NCBI GenBank assembly: GCA_016937855.1
Contig: JAFGVU010000025.1
Span: forward strand, 464-64,463
Reading direction: 5' to 3'
Length of the DNA: 64,000 nt
DNA from: Bacteroidales bacterium
Lineage (GTDB): Bacteria; Bacteroidota; Bacteroidia; Bacteroidales; ML635J-15
Every line of letters begins with the position of its first letter. Within the stretch, counting starts at the first letter, position 1. Below, one piece after another: positions 29,501 through 38,461 of the stretch. The notes beneath the pieces were generated by a model that worked only from the letters and a program-made list of their open reading frames with translations, was not told the DNA's origin and ran no database searches. The position numbers and the translations under genes are program-made.

Positions 29501-30045
29501 TCAACCCAAATAGCATTATCCAAAACAGCTACAACAATATCAGAATTCCCTGTTGTTACGTCCCATGCATCAGCAGCATTAATAAGATTTAAATGCCATG
29601 AGCTATTTGCACTGCCAAACAAGAAACCACCGTCTAAATCAGCATTAAACAATGGGTCGTTTGGAACCATGTTGATAAAGAACAATGGAGCGGGCTCAGC
29701 ATACTCAATATCAGGATGTTGATTAAGATCTCTTAATAGACCCGAAATATCATCAATGTTTTCAAAATCTAATCTAAAAGTACGTTGTAAAACGTCACTT
29801 TTTGCAGATTTAAAAGGCATACGCATTTCACTAATCTGATATTTTCCAATCAGTCCATCCAGAAAATAAACATCTTTTGGATTTATCAACCCATCGTTGT
29901 CTGCTACATTTAAAGCAGCCTGATCGGTGATCTTAAAAAAAACTCGCCCGTCAACCCATAGCGAATTAACTGTTTGTGCAAATGTAAAAGATGCCAAAGA
30001 AGCAAATACTACAAGTGCAAAAACAAACTTTGTAAAATTTCTCAT
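26509..30045 (-). CDS. Multidomain T9SS-secreted S8 subtilisin-family protease (S8 + PKD + 6x Asp-box beta-propeller + Ig-like repeats + type-A CTD)
   Basis: Trimmed to MRNFTKF. Catalytic D (VAVLDNAI), H (HGTHSAG) and S (GTSMACP). Asp-boxes SDAGTTW, ADAGATW, TDGGDTW, TDKGQTW, SDGGETW and QDYGTTW. C-terminus VYPNPSNGIINIL...VKIVKL. Confidence 0.9.
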   Translation of the reverse strand: MRNFTKFVFALVVFASLASFTFAQTVNSLWVDGRVFFKITDQAALNVADNDGLINPKDVYFLDGLIGKYQISEMRMPFKSAKSDVLQRTFRLDFENIDDISGLLRDLNQHPDIEYAEPAPLFFINMVPNDPLFNADLDGGFLFGSANSSWHLNLINAADAWDVTTGNSDIVVAVLDNAIWVDHPDLTNVISHAVDLGNGDDDPNPPEATYIWSHGTHSAGLVGAETNNGIGVASIGNGISIMAIKLGDDASDGQAMAAGFEGIVYAADNGADVISMSWGSPQFFQTMQNTVNYAYNQGCVLVGAAGNNGNGLETQMNPDIPVNYVGYPAALEHVIAVGSCDVGDNKSDFSNYGTWIDVLAPGGYATGGLAGIGAFTMLSTTANEAGSAWDMINGTTGGANTYGVDGNYDLMQGTSMACPVTSGLCGLILSANPDLTPEELKYVLQSTCDNVDAQNADFIDSIGAGRINALAAVNAAVAANAPLVADFMASEVVIATGETVDFTDLTTGTPTTWAWEFEGGTPATSDVQNPTGIQYDTEGVYQVTLTAGDGVNSDTEIKTYFIIVGQSGSIAESAWIEQNTHFAADFRGVWLTDIVDDNTAWILTYDGTGGSITRDFAVTSDAGTTWTPGEIDVATNYAPGDISAVSATTAWLAVYDVNGGGGIYKTADAGATWTHQSSAAFADAASFTNVIHMFNENEGYCQGDPIGGEFEIYTTTDGGDTWTLLDGANIPDPESGEMGWTGVADAVGDVAWFGTNTGRIFKTTDKGQTWSVYDSGEANISTISFSDADNGVAICQVTDQTTGTIESWTMIKTSDGGETWSSIPVEDQYLSDVSAVPGTAGMYVGTKISATVDLNFSAYTQDYGTTWNVLDDSIQYTNVEMFSASTGWAGGFNWDENSGGIYKWVGLAPTDDPYFTSSPELEVTEFETYTYNVVAVDPNSLTLTITAPTVPAWLTIVDNGDGTATLSGTAPEIASETETFNVTLNASNGEYDAEQSFVVTVNTSNTAPYFTSTPITVQVQNTAYSYTAVAEDDQDDDLTIDATTLPDWASFVDNGDGTATITGTPTTTSFLGFQVVLEVSDGMFSAEQDFRIQVNANNIVDFGFGSVEVYPNPSNGIINILNCQGANYEIIDVTGRIITQGTLNNSVERVDISELSNGNVFVRIVNSQKVYTVKIVKL

Positions 30046-30129
30046 AATTTGAATTTGTTTAATGGTTATTAAATTGTTTTCCTCAATTGCCAAAATTAAA
30101 AAAATTAATTGAATATAAAATGCAATAAT

Positions 30130-30783
30130 TCAAATTTTGGTTGCACGAAGAACATGTCTTTTTCCGGGAGGTCCCGAAAAACGCTTAACATTCATGCCCA
30201 AATAACGCAAATTTCTTTTCAAATCACCTCTGCTACAGTAAGTTACAAAAACACCCCCTGTTGATAAACATGTTAATATTTTTTCTAAATTTTCTACCTT
30301 CCACATATCTGGTTGGGTCTCTGGAGAAAAAGCGTCGAAATATATAATATCATAAGTTTTATTTGGGATAAACTCATTAAAGTCAACACATTGCTTAAAC
30401 AATTCAAAATTATTATCAATTCGAATAGCAGAATCCCAATTATCTGCAAATAAACTCATTTTTTGCTGTGAAATTTTTAAATAATTCTGATATTTAAGCT
30501 CCAATAAAGTGTTGCCATCAACCGGAAATTTTTCTATACCATGATAGTACACAGATGATTGTCGATCAGCGTTGGCTAAAAATGTTAAAATAGCATTTAA
30601 ACCTGTACCATAGCCAATTTCCAAAATACTTATTTGGGGCTTCTCTATTGATAAAAATCCAAGATTAATAAAAATGTGTTTAGATTCGGTTAGAGCCCCG
30701 TTTATACTATGATAGTGCTCCCCAAAATCCTCAGAAAAAAGCGTACTCGAATTATCTGCCGTTACAAATATCCTGGACTTCAT
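30130..30783 (-). CDS. mnmD: tRNA (mnm5s2U34)-methyltransferase, MnmC methyltransferase-domain-only type (MnmD)
   Basis: Trimmed to MKSRIFVT. LEIGYGTGLN SAM motif and DIIYFDAFSPETQPDMW (DUF752 signature). Confidence 0.7.
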   Translation of the reverse strand: MKSRIFVTADNSSTLFSEDFGEHYHSINGALTESKHIFINLGFLSIEKPQISILEIGYGTGLNAILTFLANADRQSSVYYHGIEKFPVDGNTLLELKYQNYLKISQQKMSLFADNWDSAIRIDNNFELFKQCVDFNEFIPNKTYDIIYFDAFSPETQPDMWKVENLEKILTCLSTGGVFVTYCSRGDLKRNLRYLGMNVKRFSGPPGKRHVLRATKI

Positions 30784-30849
30784 AAAAAACAAATTAAGAT
30801 ATTTACAAATATAGACTTTTAACGCCATACCCCAAAAACAAGTTAAAGT

Positions 30850-30875
30850 GCGAATCCGATGGCTATCGGATTCGC
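30850..30875 (-). terminator. Strong hairpin, probable terminator of the 528-aa gene
   Basis: Perfect 11-bp stem gcgaatccgat / atcggattcgc with loop ggct. The minus strand continues actttaacttgttttt. Confidence 0.45.
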
Positions 30876-31006
30876 TTGAATATTTTAAGGTATTAGTTTT
30901 AAAAAATAAGTAAGCTAAAGCACTTGAACATTTAAAGGAATTAGATTACGGAAAACATAGATATAGTTCCACTGAACAATTTATGCTCTAAATTCAAAAG
31001 AAAATT

Positions 31007-32593
31007 TTATTTTTCGTCTTTTTCAAGATTTCCTTTTGCGACCCATGTTTCGCCGTAACGAGGATCGACAAATTTAACTAAATACTTATGGCTTGCATAC
31101 TTAATAATTTTACCTTTCTTTTTGCCCTGAGTAGTATTTACGATAACCTTATCTCCAACATTAAAAGTCACATTCTCAGTTGTTGTTTGTTCAGTTTGAT
31201 TCTCTTCAGTTTTACTATCATTTGAATTTGACTGTTGAGTATTAGTATTTGGTTTTAAGTTTACTTCGTCCATCCAGTAACCTTTTCCACTATTGTCACC
31301 ATCAAGTTTCATGAAATAGCGATTTGCATTGTAAGGGTCTGTTTTTTCAATATATCCAGGGAATTCACCATTAGAGAATTTTCCGATTACTTTATCTCCA
31401 ACTTTATAAGAAAGGACTTTGCGTACTGTTAAATCAGGCTTTTCGCCACAGTTTGCGTCATTACCTTTCATACGCTCAATATCCGATGCCGGTGCAGGAT
31501 AAAAATCGATTTCTCTGAGTTTATACGTTCCTTCATTTTCGACACCAACCATTCTTAGCATTCTTCGATTTTCTCTATCATAAAAAGTAATCATACCGCT
31601 TTGATAAGCTTTTACAGTTGGATACATACAATGAGCATCAATATATGCCTGATGATTTGCACCAACATTATCATACCATTTTTGCGCCCATGATTTAAGA
31701 AGTACAGTACTATTTTCTTCGTAACAACTTGGCTCCAACACTTTGTACAAATATGCTTTTACTTCTTCTGTAGGTTTTGTCATTACTATTTCGTGAATAT
31801 AGTAAAACAGCTGTTTATCTGATTCAAAAACCGGCACATCTTCAACTTCCGGAAGACTACTAAGAAAAGCTTTTGCAGCATTTTCCTCATCAAGCTCGGC
31901 GAGGGTTTTCATTTGTGCCATTTCTTCGGCAGTATATTTAATGATTTCGCCCGAGGTTTTTGATGAGCCATCATCCTTTTTTGTTGACATAAAGCTTTTC
32001 CAAGGTCCTTTAAACTCATCAGCATAAAGACGTACTTCGATTGTATGCTCAGCTTTACGCACCTCTGTACTAGAAATCTTCTCTGAATAAGTAACCTTGG
32101 TTAAAAAAGAAACAGACGTTAGCTCATGCCAGTGAAACTTAATGTCGCTCGGAAATGTAATTTCAGACAAATCACCAACAATATCATTATAGGTATTTCG
32201 TCCAAGATACTTAATTAGATCTGCATTTAACAAGGCTAAAATTTCATCCTTATTTGGGTCGGGCACACCTTCGTAATTCCAATCTCCAACCAGCTTAGTG
32301 TCATATTGATATGAACCGCCAATCAACTCATACTGAATTGAACCGTAATATATTAGATAAATTCCGGCATAATCAGTTTTTGATTTTGTTTTATAACTAC
32401 GACGATAGTAACTATGCCAAGCGCCATCCTCATAAACTTTTTCGGAAATACCTGAACCCAACAATTCAACATTTAGAATTTTCCCGTTCGTGTCGCCACT
32501 TTTAATTTTGCTTATCATTGCTGACTCCGAAGGTTGCGCATAACATACCGTAATAAAAAGGCACGAAATTGCCAATAGAAAAAACTTTCTCAT
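31007..32593 (-). CDS. Secreted hypothetical protein with two C-terminal SH3/Tudor-like repeats
   Basis: Signal peptide. Repeats VGDKVIGKFSNGEFPGYIEK... and VGDKVIVNTTQGKKKGKIIK... are separated by an N/Q/T/S-rich low-complexity linker. Confidence 0.65.
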   Translation of the reverse strand: MRKFFLLAISCLFITVCYAQPSESAMISKIKSGDTNGKILNVELLGSGISEKVYEDGAWHSYYRRSYKTKSKTDYAGIYLIYYGSIQYELIGGSYQYDTKLVGDWNYEGVPDPNKDEILALLNADLIKYLGRNTYNDIVGDLSEITFPSDIKFHWHELTSVSFLTKVTYSEKISSTEVRKAEHTIEVRLYADEFKGPWKSFMSTKKDDGSSKTSGEIIKYTAEEMAQMKTLAELDEENAAKAFLSSLPEVEDVPVFESDKQLFYYIHEIVMTKPTEEVKAYLYKVLEPSCYEENSTVLLKSWAQKWYDNVGANHQAYIDAHCMYPTVKAYQSGMITFYDRENRRMLRMVGVENEGTYKLREIDFYPAPASDIERMKGNDANCGEKPDLTVRKVLSYKVGDKVIGKFSNGEFPGYIEKTDPYNANRYFMKLDGDNSGKGYWMDEVNLKPNTNTQQSNSNDSKTEENQTEQTTTENVTFNVGDKVIVNTTQGKKKGKIIKYASHKYLVKFVDPRYGETWVAKGNLEKDEK

Positions 32594-32888
32594 GATTTTA
32601 AATTTTAATTAATACTCTTTTTCATTTATATGGTCATTGCAAATATAGAAAAAAAATAAAAATTTACCTCTTTTTAAGATTAATTATTTTCAAATTAACT
32701 TGAAAAGAACATTTTAAGAGATTTGCTGCAAAGCCTAAAAACGATTAGAACGCAATCTTAAAACAACAAACTTTAGGCACAAATTTTGACTATGTTAATA
32801 TAAACTTGAAAAACAAATTGAACATGTTTGCTCTCTGCAAGCAAAAAATTGATATTTTTGTCCATATATAAAATTTAAAAGAGAACTC

Positions 32889-35390
32889 ATGAAAAGATTT
32901 TACAAATTGTTATTGCTCTCATTTGTTGCATTAACGTTATCTTTGGGATTAAATGCACAATCTCAAAATGGGAAAACCCCCGAAAGTTTTAAACATAACT
33001 TAAATCAAGAAGACTTAGATCATGTACAAATAAATCCACCTTCAATGGAATTAATAAGGTCGGAGGATTTGATTGATGAAAAAAACGGTCAAATGATGAA
33101 AATTGCAAGATTATTGCCTGTAGATTTGACTGTAGAAAACAGCGGTTCGTGGACTGATTTAGAAAATGGAAAATCTATTTGGCGCTTAAGATTATCGAGC
33201 GAAGGCGCCACTGCATGTGCTATCCATTTTGAAAGTTTTGCATTACCTCAAGGATCGGAGTTATTTGTTTATAGCACCGACAAGAGTGAAGTTTTAGGAC
33301 CATACACTTCAAAAGACAACGACGATGGTGCACAATATGCTATCGGATTACTCTCAGGAAATGATGTTATTTTAGAGTATATTGCTCCTATGCAAAAGTC
33401 AATTACTGGAGAAATATCTATTGTTTATCCCGACATACATATTTTTGCATATTCTTATGTGTATCGCGGCTCTGAATTATTTGGGCTAAAAGAAAAAGAT
33501 ACAGGTTTTGGTGCATCTGATGATTGTCAGGTAAATGCAAACTGCCCCGAAGGCGACAATTGGAGAACTCAACAAAAAGGTATTGCTCGAATTTATGCAG
33601 TTGATGGTATGTCGGCAGGATACTGCTCCGGTACATTGATAAACACTACCCGAGGTGATCAAACAACATACTTTTTGACCGCAGATCATTGTGGTGGAGA
33701 AGCTTCTACAATAAGCCTAAACCAATGGATTTTCAGATTTAACTACGAAAGTGCAGGGTGTACTACTGGAAGCGAGCCAACATATAATAGCGTAACTGGC
33801 TGTTCACGCAAAGCTCGTGGTGCTTTAAACGGAGGCTCTGACTTCCTTCTACTACAACTTAATACAACAGCCACAAACATTAAAAACATTGGCGGTGTTT
33901 ATAATGGTTGGAGTCGTTCAACAAGTGCAAGCACTAGTGGTGTTAGCATACATCACCCTAGTGGCGACATTAAAAAGATTTCAACTTATACCAGTACATT
34001 GGCAAGCTCTACATATAACGGTGGAACAGGAAACGTTGGTGCAACAAATGCTCATTGGCGGGTTTATTGGGCACAAACAGATACGAACCACGGAGTAACC
34101 GAAGGTGGATCTTCAGGTTCCCCAATTTTTAATAATAATGGATTAGTGGTTGGAACTTTATCGGGAGGACTTTCTTATTGCGATGCAACAAATCAACCCG
34201 ACTTATACGGAAAAATGTCTTATCACTGGACATCAAACGGTTCTGATCCTAGTGAGCAACTTGCTTATTGGCTTGATCCTGATGATACAGGTGCAACAAC
34301 ATGTGATTATTTAGACCCTAATGCAATTGGTCTAATTGCAGAGTTTAGTGGATCACCAACGACTGTTGCTGCCGGAAGTCAGGTTAGTTTTACAGATATG
34401 TCAACAGGTGGAACGATAACCAGCCGTAGTTGGTCTTTCCCTGGAGGATCTCCATCAAGTTCTACAGCAACAAATCCTACAATAACTTACAATACACCAG
34501 GCACCTACAATGTTAGTTTAACAGTAAACACAGGAACAGAGACCGACACAGAAACAAAAACCGGCTACATAACCGTAACAAGTGGTGGTGGATTCTCCTA
34601 CGATTTTGAATCATGTACCGATTTCGCTGTCGATCAATTTGCCCCTTGTACTACTCATGATGGAGATGCCTCGACTACTTATGGAGTAGATGGTGTCGAT
34701 TTTAACAACGAAGGTTATACCGGAGCGTTTATGGCTTTCAACTCGACGACAACAACTCCTGCAAGTAGTGCCGACTGGCAAGCACATGGAGGGGTAAAAC
34801 AGGGAGCATGTTTTGCCGCAATTTCTGCAGCGAATAACGATTGGTTTATTACTCCACAGGTTATTCTTCAAAACAACTCAAGCTTAAGCTTTTGGGCAAA
34901 ATCTATAACAGATGAATATGGACTAGAAAGGTTTAAAGTTTTAATCTCAACAACTAACAACAGTACCGGAAGTTTCTCGGCAATCTCCTCCGGTAGTTTT
35001 ATTGAAGCTCCACTTTCATGGACAAAATACGAATATAACCTATCGGCTTATGATGGACAAAATGTTTATATTGCAATTCAATGTATTTCTGACGATGCAT
35101 TTGCTTTTATGATTGATGATATCATTATTGAAACTCAGGCCTCGGTTAAAGATAATGTTGCAAATGCAATACATATTTATCCTAATCCTAGTGATGGTAT
35201 TTTTACTGTAAATTTACCCGAGACTGGCGCAAAAATAACAATTAGAAATTTACTGGGACAAGAAGTTAAAACAATAGTATCCAGCTCGACAAATACTAAA
35301 ATTGACTTAAGCAATCAAAATACAGGTGTTTACTTTGTTGAAGTACAGCTTAAAGATGGCAGGTTTACTAAAAAGATAACTATTGAATAA
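32889..35390 (+). CDS. T9SS-secreted trypsin-fold (S1, lysyl-endopeptidase-like) serine protease with PKD, MAM/anchor-J-like and type-A CTD domains
   Basis: TADHCGG (His), GGSSGSPIF (Ser), PKD repeat (FTDMSTGG...YNVSLTV) and C-terminus IYPNPSDGIFTV...KKITIE. Confidence 0.85.
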   Translation: MKRFYKLLLLSFVALTLSLGLNAQSQNGKTPESFKHNLNQEDLDHVQINPPSMELIRSEDLIDEKNGQMMKIARLLPVDLTVENSGSWTDLENGKSIWRLRLSSEGATACAIHFESFALPQGSELFVYSTDKSEVLGPYTSKDNDDGAQYAIGLLSGNDVILEYIAPMQKSITGEISIVYPDIHIFAYSYVYRGSELFGLKEKDTGFGASDDCQVNANCPEGDNWRTQQKGIARIYAVDGMSAGYCSGTLINTTRGDQTTYFLTADHCGGEASTISLNQWIFRFNYESAGCTTGSEPTYNSVTGCSRKARGALNGGSDFLLLQLNTTATNIKNIGGVYNGWSRSTSASTSGVSIHHPSGDIKKISTYTSTLASSTYNGGTGNVGATNAHWRVYWAQTDTNHGVTEGGSSGSPIFNNNGLVVGTLSGGLSYCDATNQPDLYGKMSYHWTSNGSDPSEQLAYWLDPDDTGATTCDYLDPNAIGLIAEFSGSPTTVAAGSQVSFTDMSTGGTITSRSWSFPGGSPSSSTATNPTITYNTPGTYNVSLTVNTGTETDTETKTGYITVTSGGGFSYDFESCTDFAVDQFAPCTTHDGDASTTYGVDGVDFNNEGYTGAFMAFNSTTTTPASSADWQAHGGVKQGACFAAISAANNDWFITPQVILQNNSSLSFWAKSITDEYGLERFKVLISTTNNSTGSFSAISSGSFIEAPLSWTKYEYNLSAYDGQNVYIAIQCISDDAFAFMIDDIIIETQASVKDNVANAIHIYPNPSDGIFTVNLPETGAKITIRNLLGQEVKTIVSSSTNTKIDLSNQNTGVYFVEVQLKDGRFTKKITIE

Positions 35391-35422
35391 TATTTGAATT
35401 ATTATAGACAGATTTATTATTT

Positions 35423-35450
35423 AAGGCGGATTTTATTCGCCTTTTTTTTA
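35423..35450 (+). terminator. Rho-independent terminator
   Basis: Stem aaggcg / cgcctt followed by a T7 run. Confidence 0.6.
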
Positions 35451-35460
35451 TTTTTGCAGT

Positions 35461-35931
35461 ATGAGAAAAGTAAAAAATGCTTTTATAAAAGCCTTACCCG
35501 ATTATAATTGTTTTGCATGTTCACCAAACAATGAGCAAGGATTACACATGGAATTTTTTACCGACGATGAAACCGTATGGAGTGAATGGACACCAAAACC
35601 TCAATTTGATGGATGGACTGGTGTTGTTCATGGTGGGATTCAGGCAACACTTATGGATGAAACAAGTGAATGGTTTGTTTTTGTCAAACACGGACGCTCA
35701 GCGGTAACAATGGAGCTAAACTGCAAATATAAAAAACCACTCAGTTCTGTTATTGGAAAAATAAAAATTATTGCAAAAGAGATCTCATTTAACAGAAATA
35801 TTTGTGAAATAGAAACTCATATTTTTGATTCAGAAAATCAGCTTTGTAGTCAATCCATTGGCAAATTCTATGTCTTTTCAGAAGAAGAATCCAAAAATAA
35901 ATATTTTTTCCCTGGGAAGGAACAGTTTTAA
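35461..35931 (+). CDS. PaaI-family hotdog-fold thioesterase
   Basis: 156 aa with VHGGIQATLMDET, typical of the PaaI/YbgC-like hotdog fold. Confidence 0.7.
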   Translation: MRKVKNAFIKALPDYNCFACSPNNEQGLHMEFFTDDETVWSEWTPKPQFDGWTGVVHGGIQATLMDETSEWFVFVKHGRSAVTMELNCKYKKPLSSVIGKIKIIAKEISFNRNICEIETHIFDSENQLCSQSIGKFYVFSEEESKNKYFFPGKEQF

Positions 35932-35949
35932 CCTGATTACAGAAAACGT

Positions 35950-38406
35950 TTAAAATCTCATTATAAGTTTTAGGTTTAGTCGCCTACCGGTAAGATAATT
36001 AGGCACTCCGTATTGCCAACCTCTGATGTCTTTGACATAAGTGTATGAGATCTCATTATTTATATCAAGCAAATTAAAAACTTCGAGACTTAACCAAATA
36101 TTTTTAAAATGTCTGAAAGGGTTACCTTCGGGCAGTTGCTTATCATCGCCTTTAAGCTGTTTTGAAATTCCAATATCTACACGACGATAAGGACTAAAGC
36201 GTGGATACGGCTTATCTGTCTTCTCAACCGGTAAGCCTGTTCCAAAAAGTAAGTTAATAAATGCCTGCCATGTTTCGTGTTTAGGAATATAATCCTGAAA
36301 AAATATACCAAAATTTAATCTCTGATCGGTAGGTCTAGGAATCATTCCAAGAAAAACAGTATCAATAATACCAAGACTATCTCGTGACAAATAATAATCT
36401 CCGTCTATATCTTCCATAGTTTGTGATAAAGCAATACTGATCCACGATTCGGTTCCGGGAACAAACTCTCCATTAACTTTTGCTTCGATTCCGGTTGAGT
36501 ATCCATGAGAGATGTTTTCTCCATAATACCTAATTCTCACATTATCAACATCGTAAGGGATTAAGTTGTACATGTACTTGTAGTAAACTTCTGTAACAAG
36601 TTTAAATGGTCGATTCCATGCTTTAAACTCATAATCACTGCCTAAAACCACCTGATATGAAGATTGTGCTTTAATATCACGATTTAGAGTACCATCCAAA
36701 CGACGCACCTCTTTAAAGAATGGTGGTTGATGATACAATCCTGTCGAAAATCTAAAAACAATATCTTTCTTCCAATTTGGCTTAAATCCGGCACTTAATC
36801 GAGGACTAATAAGAAACTCATTATTAAAATCCCAGTAATTAAGCCTAATTCCACCACCCAATGATAATTCACTACTATCAAATTTTATATGATAATAATC
36901 TTGAACAAATGCATTAAATCTATTACTAAAAATATCTATTTCACTTATATCTGTAAAGAAAAGCGGTACCAAATCTCTGTTTGCAGGCGAATCTCCCATA
37001 GGATATGGCATTGAATAGCCTGCCGAGTCGATCATATTCCACTCATGCACACTGTAATCAAATGTTTCGTAATTATATTGCGCTCCCCAAGTAAGGTTGT
37101 GATCGTTTATCTCGTAATCGGAAATATACTTTGCCGAAATAATATACCCCTCTAAGTAATTTCGTGCATGATTCAAAAATGACCCAACGCCAATATTTGC
37201 AACACTATCTCCAAGGTTATCGGAACCAAGTTGTTTATCTAGTTCATTAAGAAAATACTGACCCAAAATATCGAAAGTTTCTTGTTCCTGAGTATAATAC
37301 CCCGACAAGATAAATTTCATAGTATGGTCTTTTGTTGGCTTATAAGTTCCTGTAAAAGCAGCTGTTGAATTTGCAAATTTATCCAATTCCTGACCTTCAA
37401 AATACATCATTATCTTAAGAGCCTCGTTTAGTGTTCCCCATGATGTTTCGCGGTCTTCGGGAATAAAGTTATAAGAATTATTGCTAACATTTCCTAAAAA
37501 AGAGAGCTCAAAATCGTCGGAAAAGTCGTAGGTTAAATAAGCCTGAAAATCGAGATATGTAGGATCGTAACGGCCCATCATATCCATTGAGCTTAAAAGA
37601 TACTTGGTAGTTTTATATCTTAATCCTGTATTGTATTTAAAAAGATGATTTTTACTCGTTCCTTCGAGATGTAAATTTGTGCCCAATAAACTTGCAGTTG
37701 CGCTACCACCAAACTCCTTAGGCTTGCGGTACTTAATATCAAGCACCGACGACATTTTATCTCCATATTTTGCATCAAAACCCCCGGCCGAAAAAATGAT
37801 TGCTGATACCATATCAGAGTTAATAAAACTTAAACCTTCTTGCTGCCCCGATCGAACAAGCAAAGGTCTGTATATTTCGACATCGTTAACAAAAATTAAG
37901 TTCTCATCAAAATTTCCTCCCCTCACATTATACTGACTGCTAAGTTCGTTATTTGAGGAGACAGCCGGAAGCGACTTTAGAATATCCTCAAAACCGCCAA
38001 CTGTGGGTATATTCATTGAAATTTCCGGATTTAGCCGTGTAGCGGGTACAAATCTATCTGATTGGGCTCCAATATTAGCCTCGGGTAGCACAGTATAATC
38101 TTCTTTAAGAAAAACCTCAATCTTGCTATGTTGACTAGGTTTCAAAATAAAATACTGCGAATATGTCTGATAACTCAAGTAAGAAATTTCGAGTATAATT
38201 TCGGTATCCGAAGGTATTTCAATCTCAAAATAACCTTTTTTGTCTGTTGCCGTGCCAATAGCTTTATCCTTAACGCTAACATTTGCAAAATGAATAGGCT
38301 TTTGTTTAGCATCATAAACATAACCTGAAATACGAGCATTTTGAGCATACATAACTGCACTCAAAAGGGTAAAAATCAATATTAAACGACTACACTTTAC
38401 TATCAT
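35950..38406 (-). CDS. TonB-dependent outer-membrane receptor (CarboxypepD_reg + plug + barrel)
   Basis: N-terminal ISGYVYDAKQKPIHFANVSV. Plug NVRGGNFDENLIFVNDVEIY. C-terminal aromatic residue (F). Confidence 0.85.
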   Translation of the reverse strand: MIVKCSRLILIFTLLSAVMYAQNARISGYVYDAKQKPIHFANVSVKDKAIGTATDKKGYFEIEIPSDTEIILEISYLSYQTYSQYFILKPSQHSKIEVFLKEDYTVLPEANIGAQSDRFVPATRLNPEISMNIPTVGGFEDILKSLPAVSSNNELSSQYNVRGGNFDENLIFVNDVEIYRPLLVRSGQQEGLSFINSDMVSAIIFSAGGFDAKYGDKMSSVLDIKYRKPKEFGGSATASLLGTNLHLEGTSKNHLFKYNTGLRYKTTKYLLSSMDMMGRYDPTYLDFQAYLTYDFSDDFELSFLGNVSNNSYNFIPEDRETSWGTLNEALKIMMYFEGQELDKFANSTAAFTGTYKPTKDHTMKFILSGYYTQEQETFDILGQYFLNELDKQLGSDNLGDSVANIGVGSFLNHARNYLEGYIISAKYISDYEINDHNLTWGAQYNYETFDYSVHEWNMIDSAGYSMPYPMGDSPANRDLVPLFFTDISEIDIFSNRFNAFVQDYYHIKFDSSELSLGGGIRLNYWDFNNEFLISPRLSAGFKPNWKKDIVFRFSTGLYHQPPFFKEVRRLDGTLNRDIKAQSSYQVVLGSDYEFKAWNRPFKLVTEVYYKYMYNLIPYDVDNVRIRYYGENISHGYSTGIEAKVNGEFVPGTESWISIALSQTMEDIDGDYYLSRDSLGIIDTVFLGMIPRPTDQRLNFGIFFQDYIPKHETWQAFINLLFGTGLPVEKTDKPYPRFSPYRRVDIGISKQLKGDDKQLPEGNPFRHFKNIWLSLEVFNLLDINNEISYTYVKDIRGWQYGVPNYLTGRRLNLKLIMRF

Positions 38407-38461
38407 AAGTTACTTAAAACAAGATTATAACTTAAAGCCGGCAAATATATTGTTTTTATCA

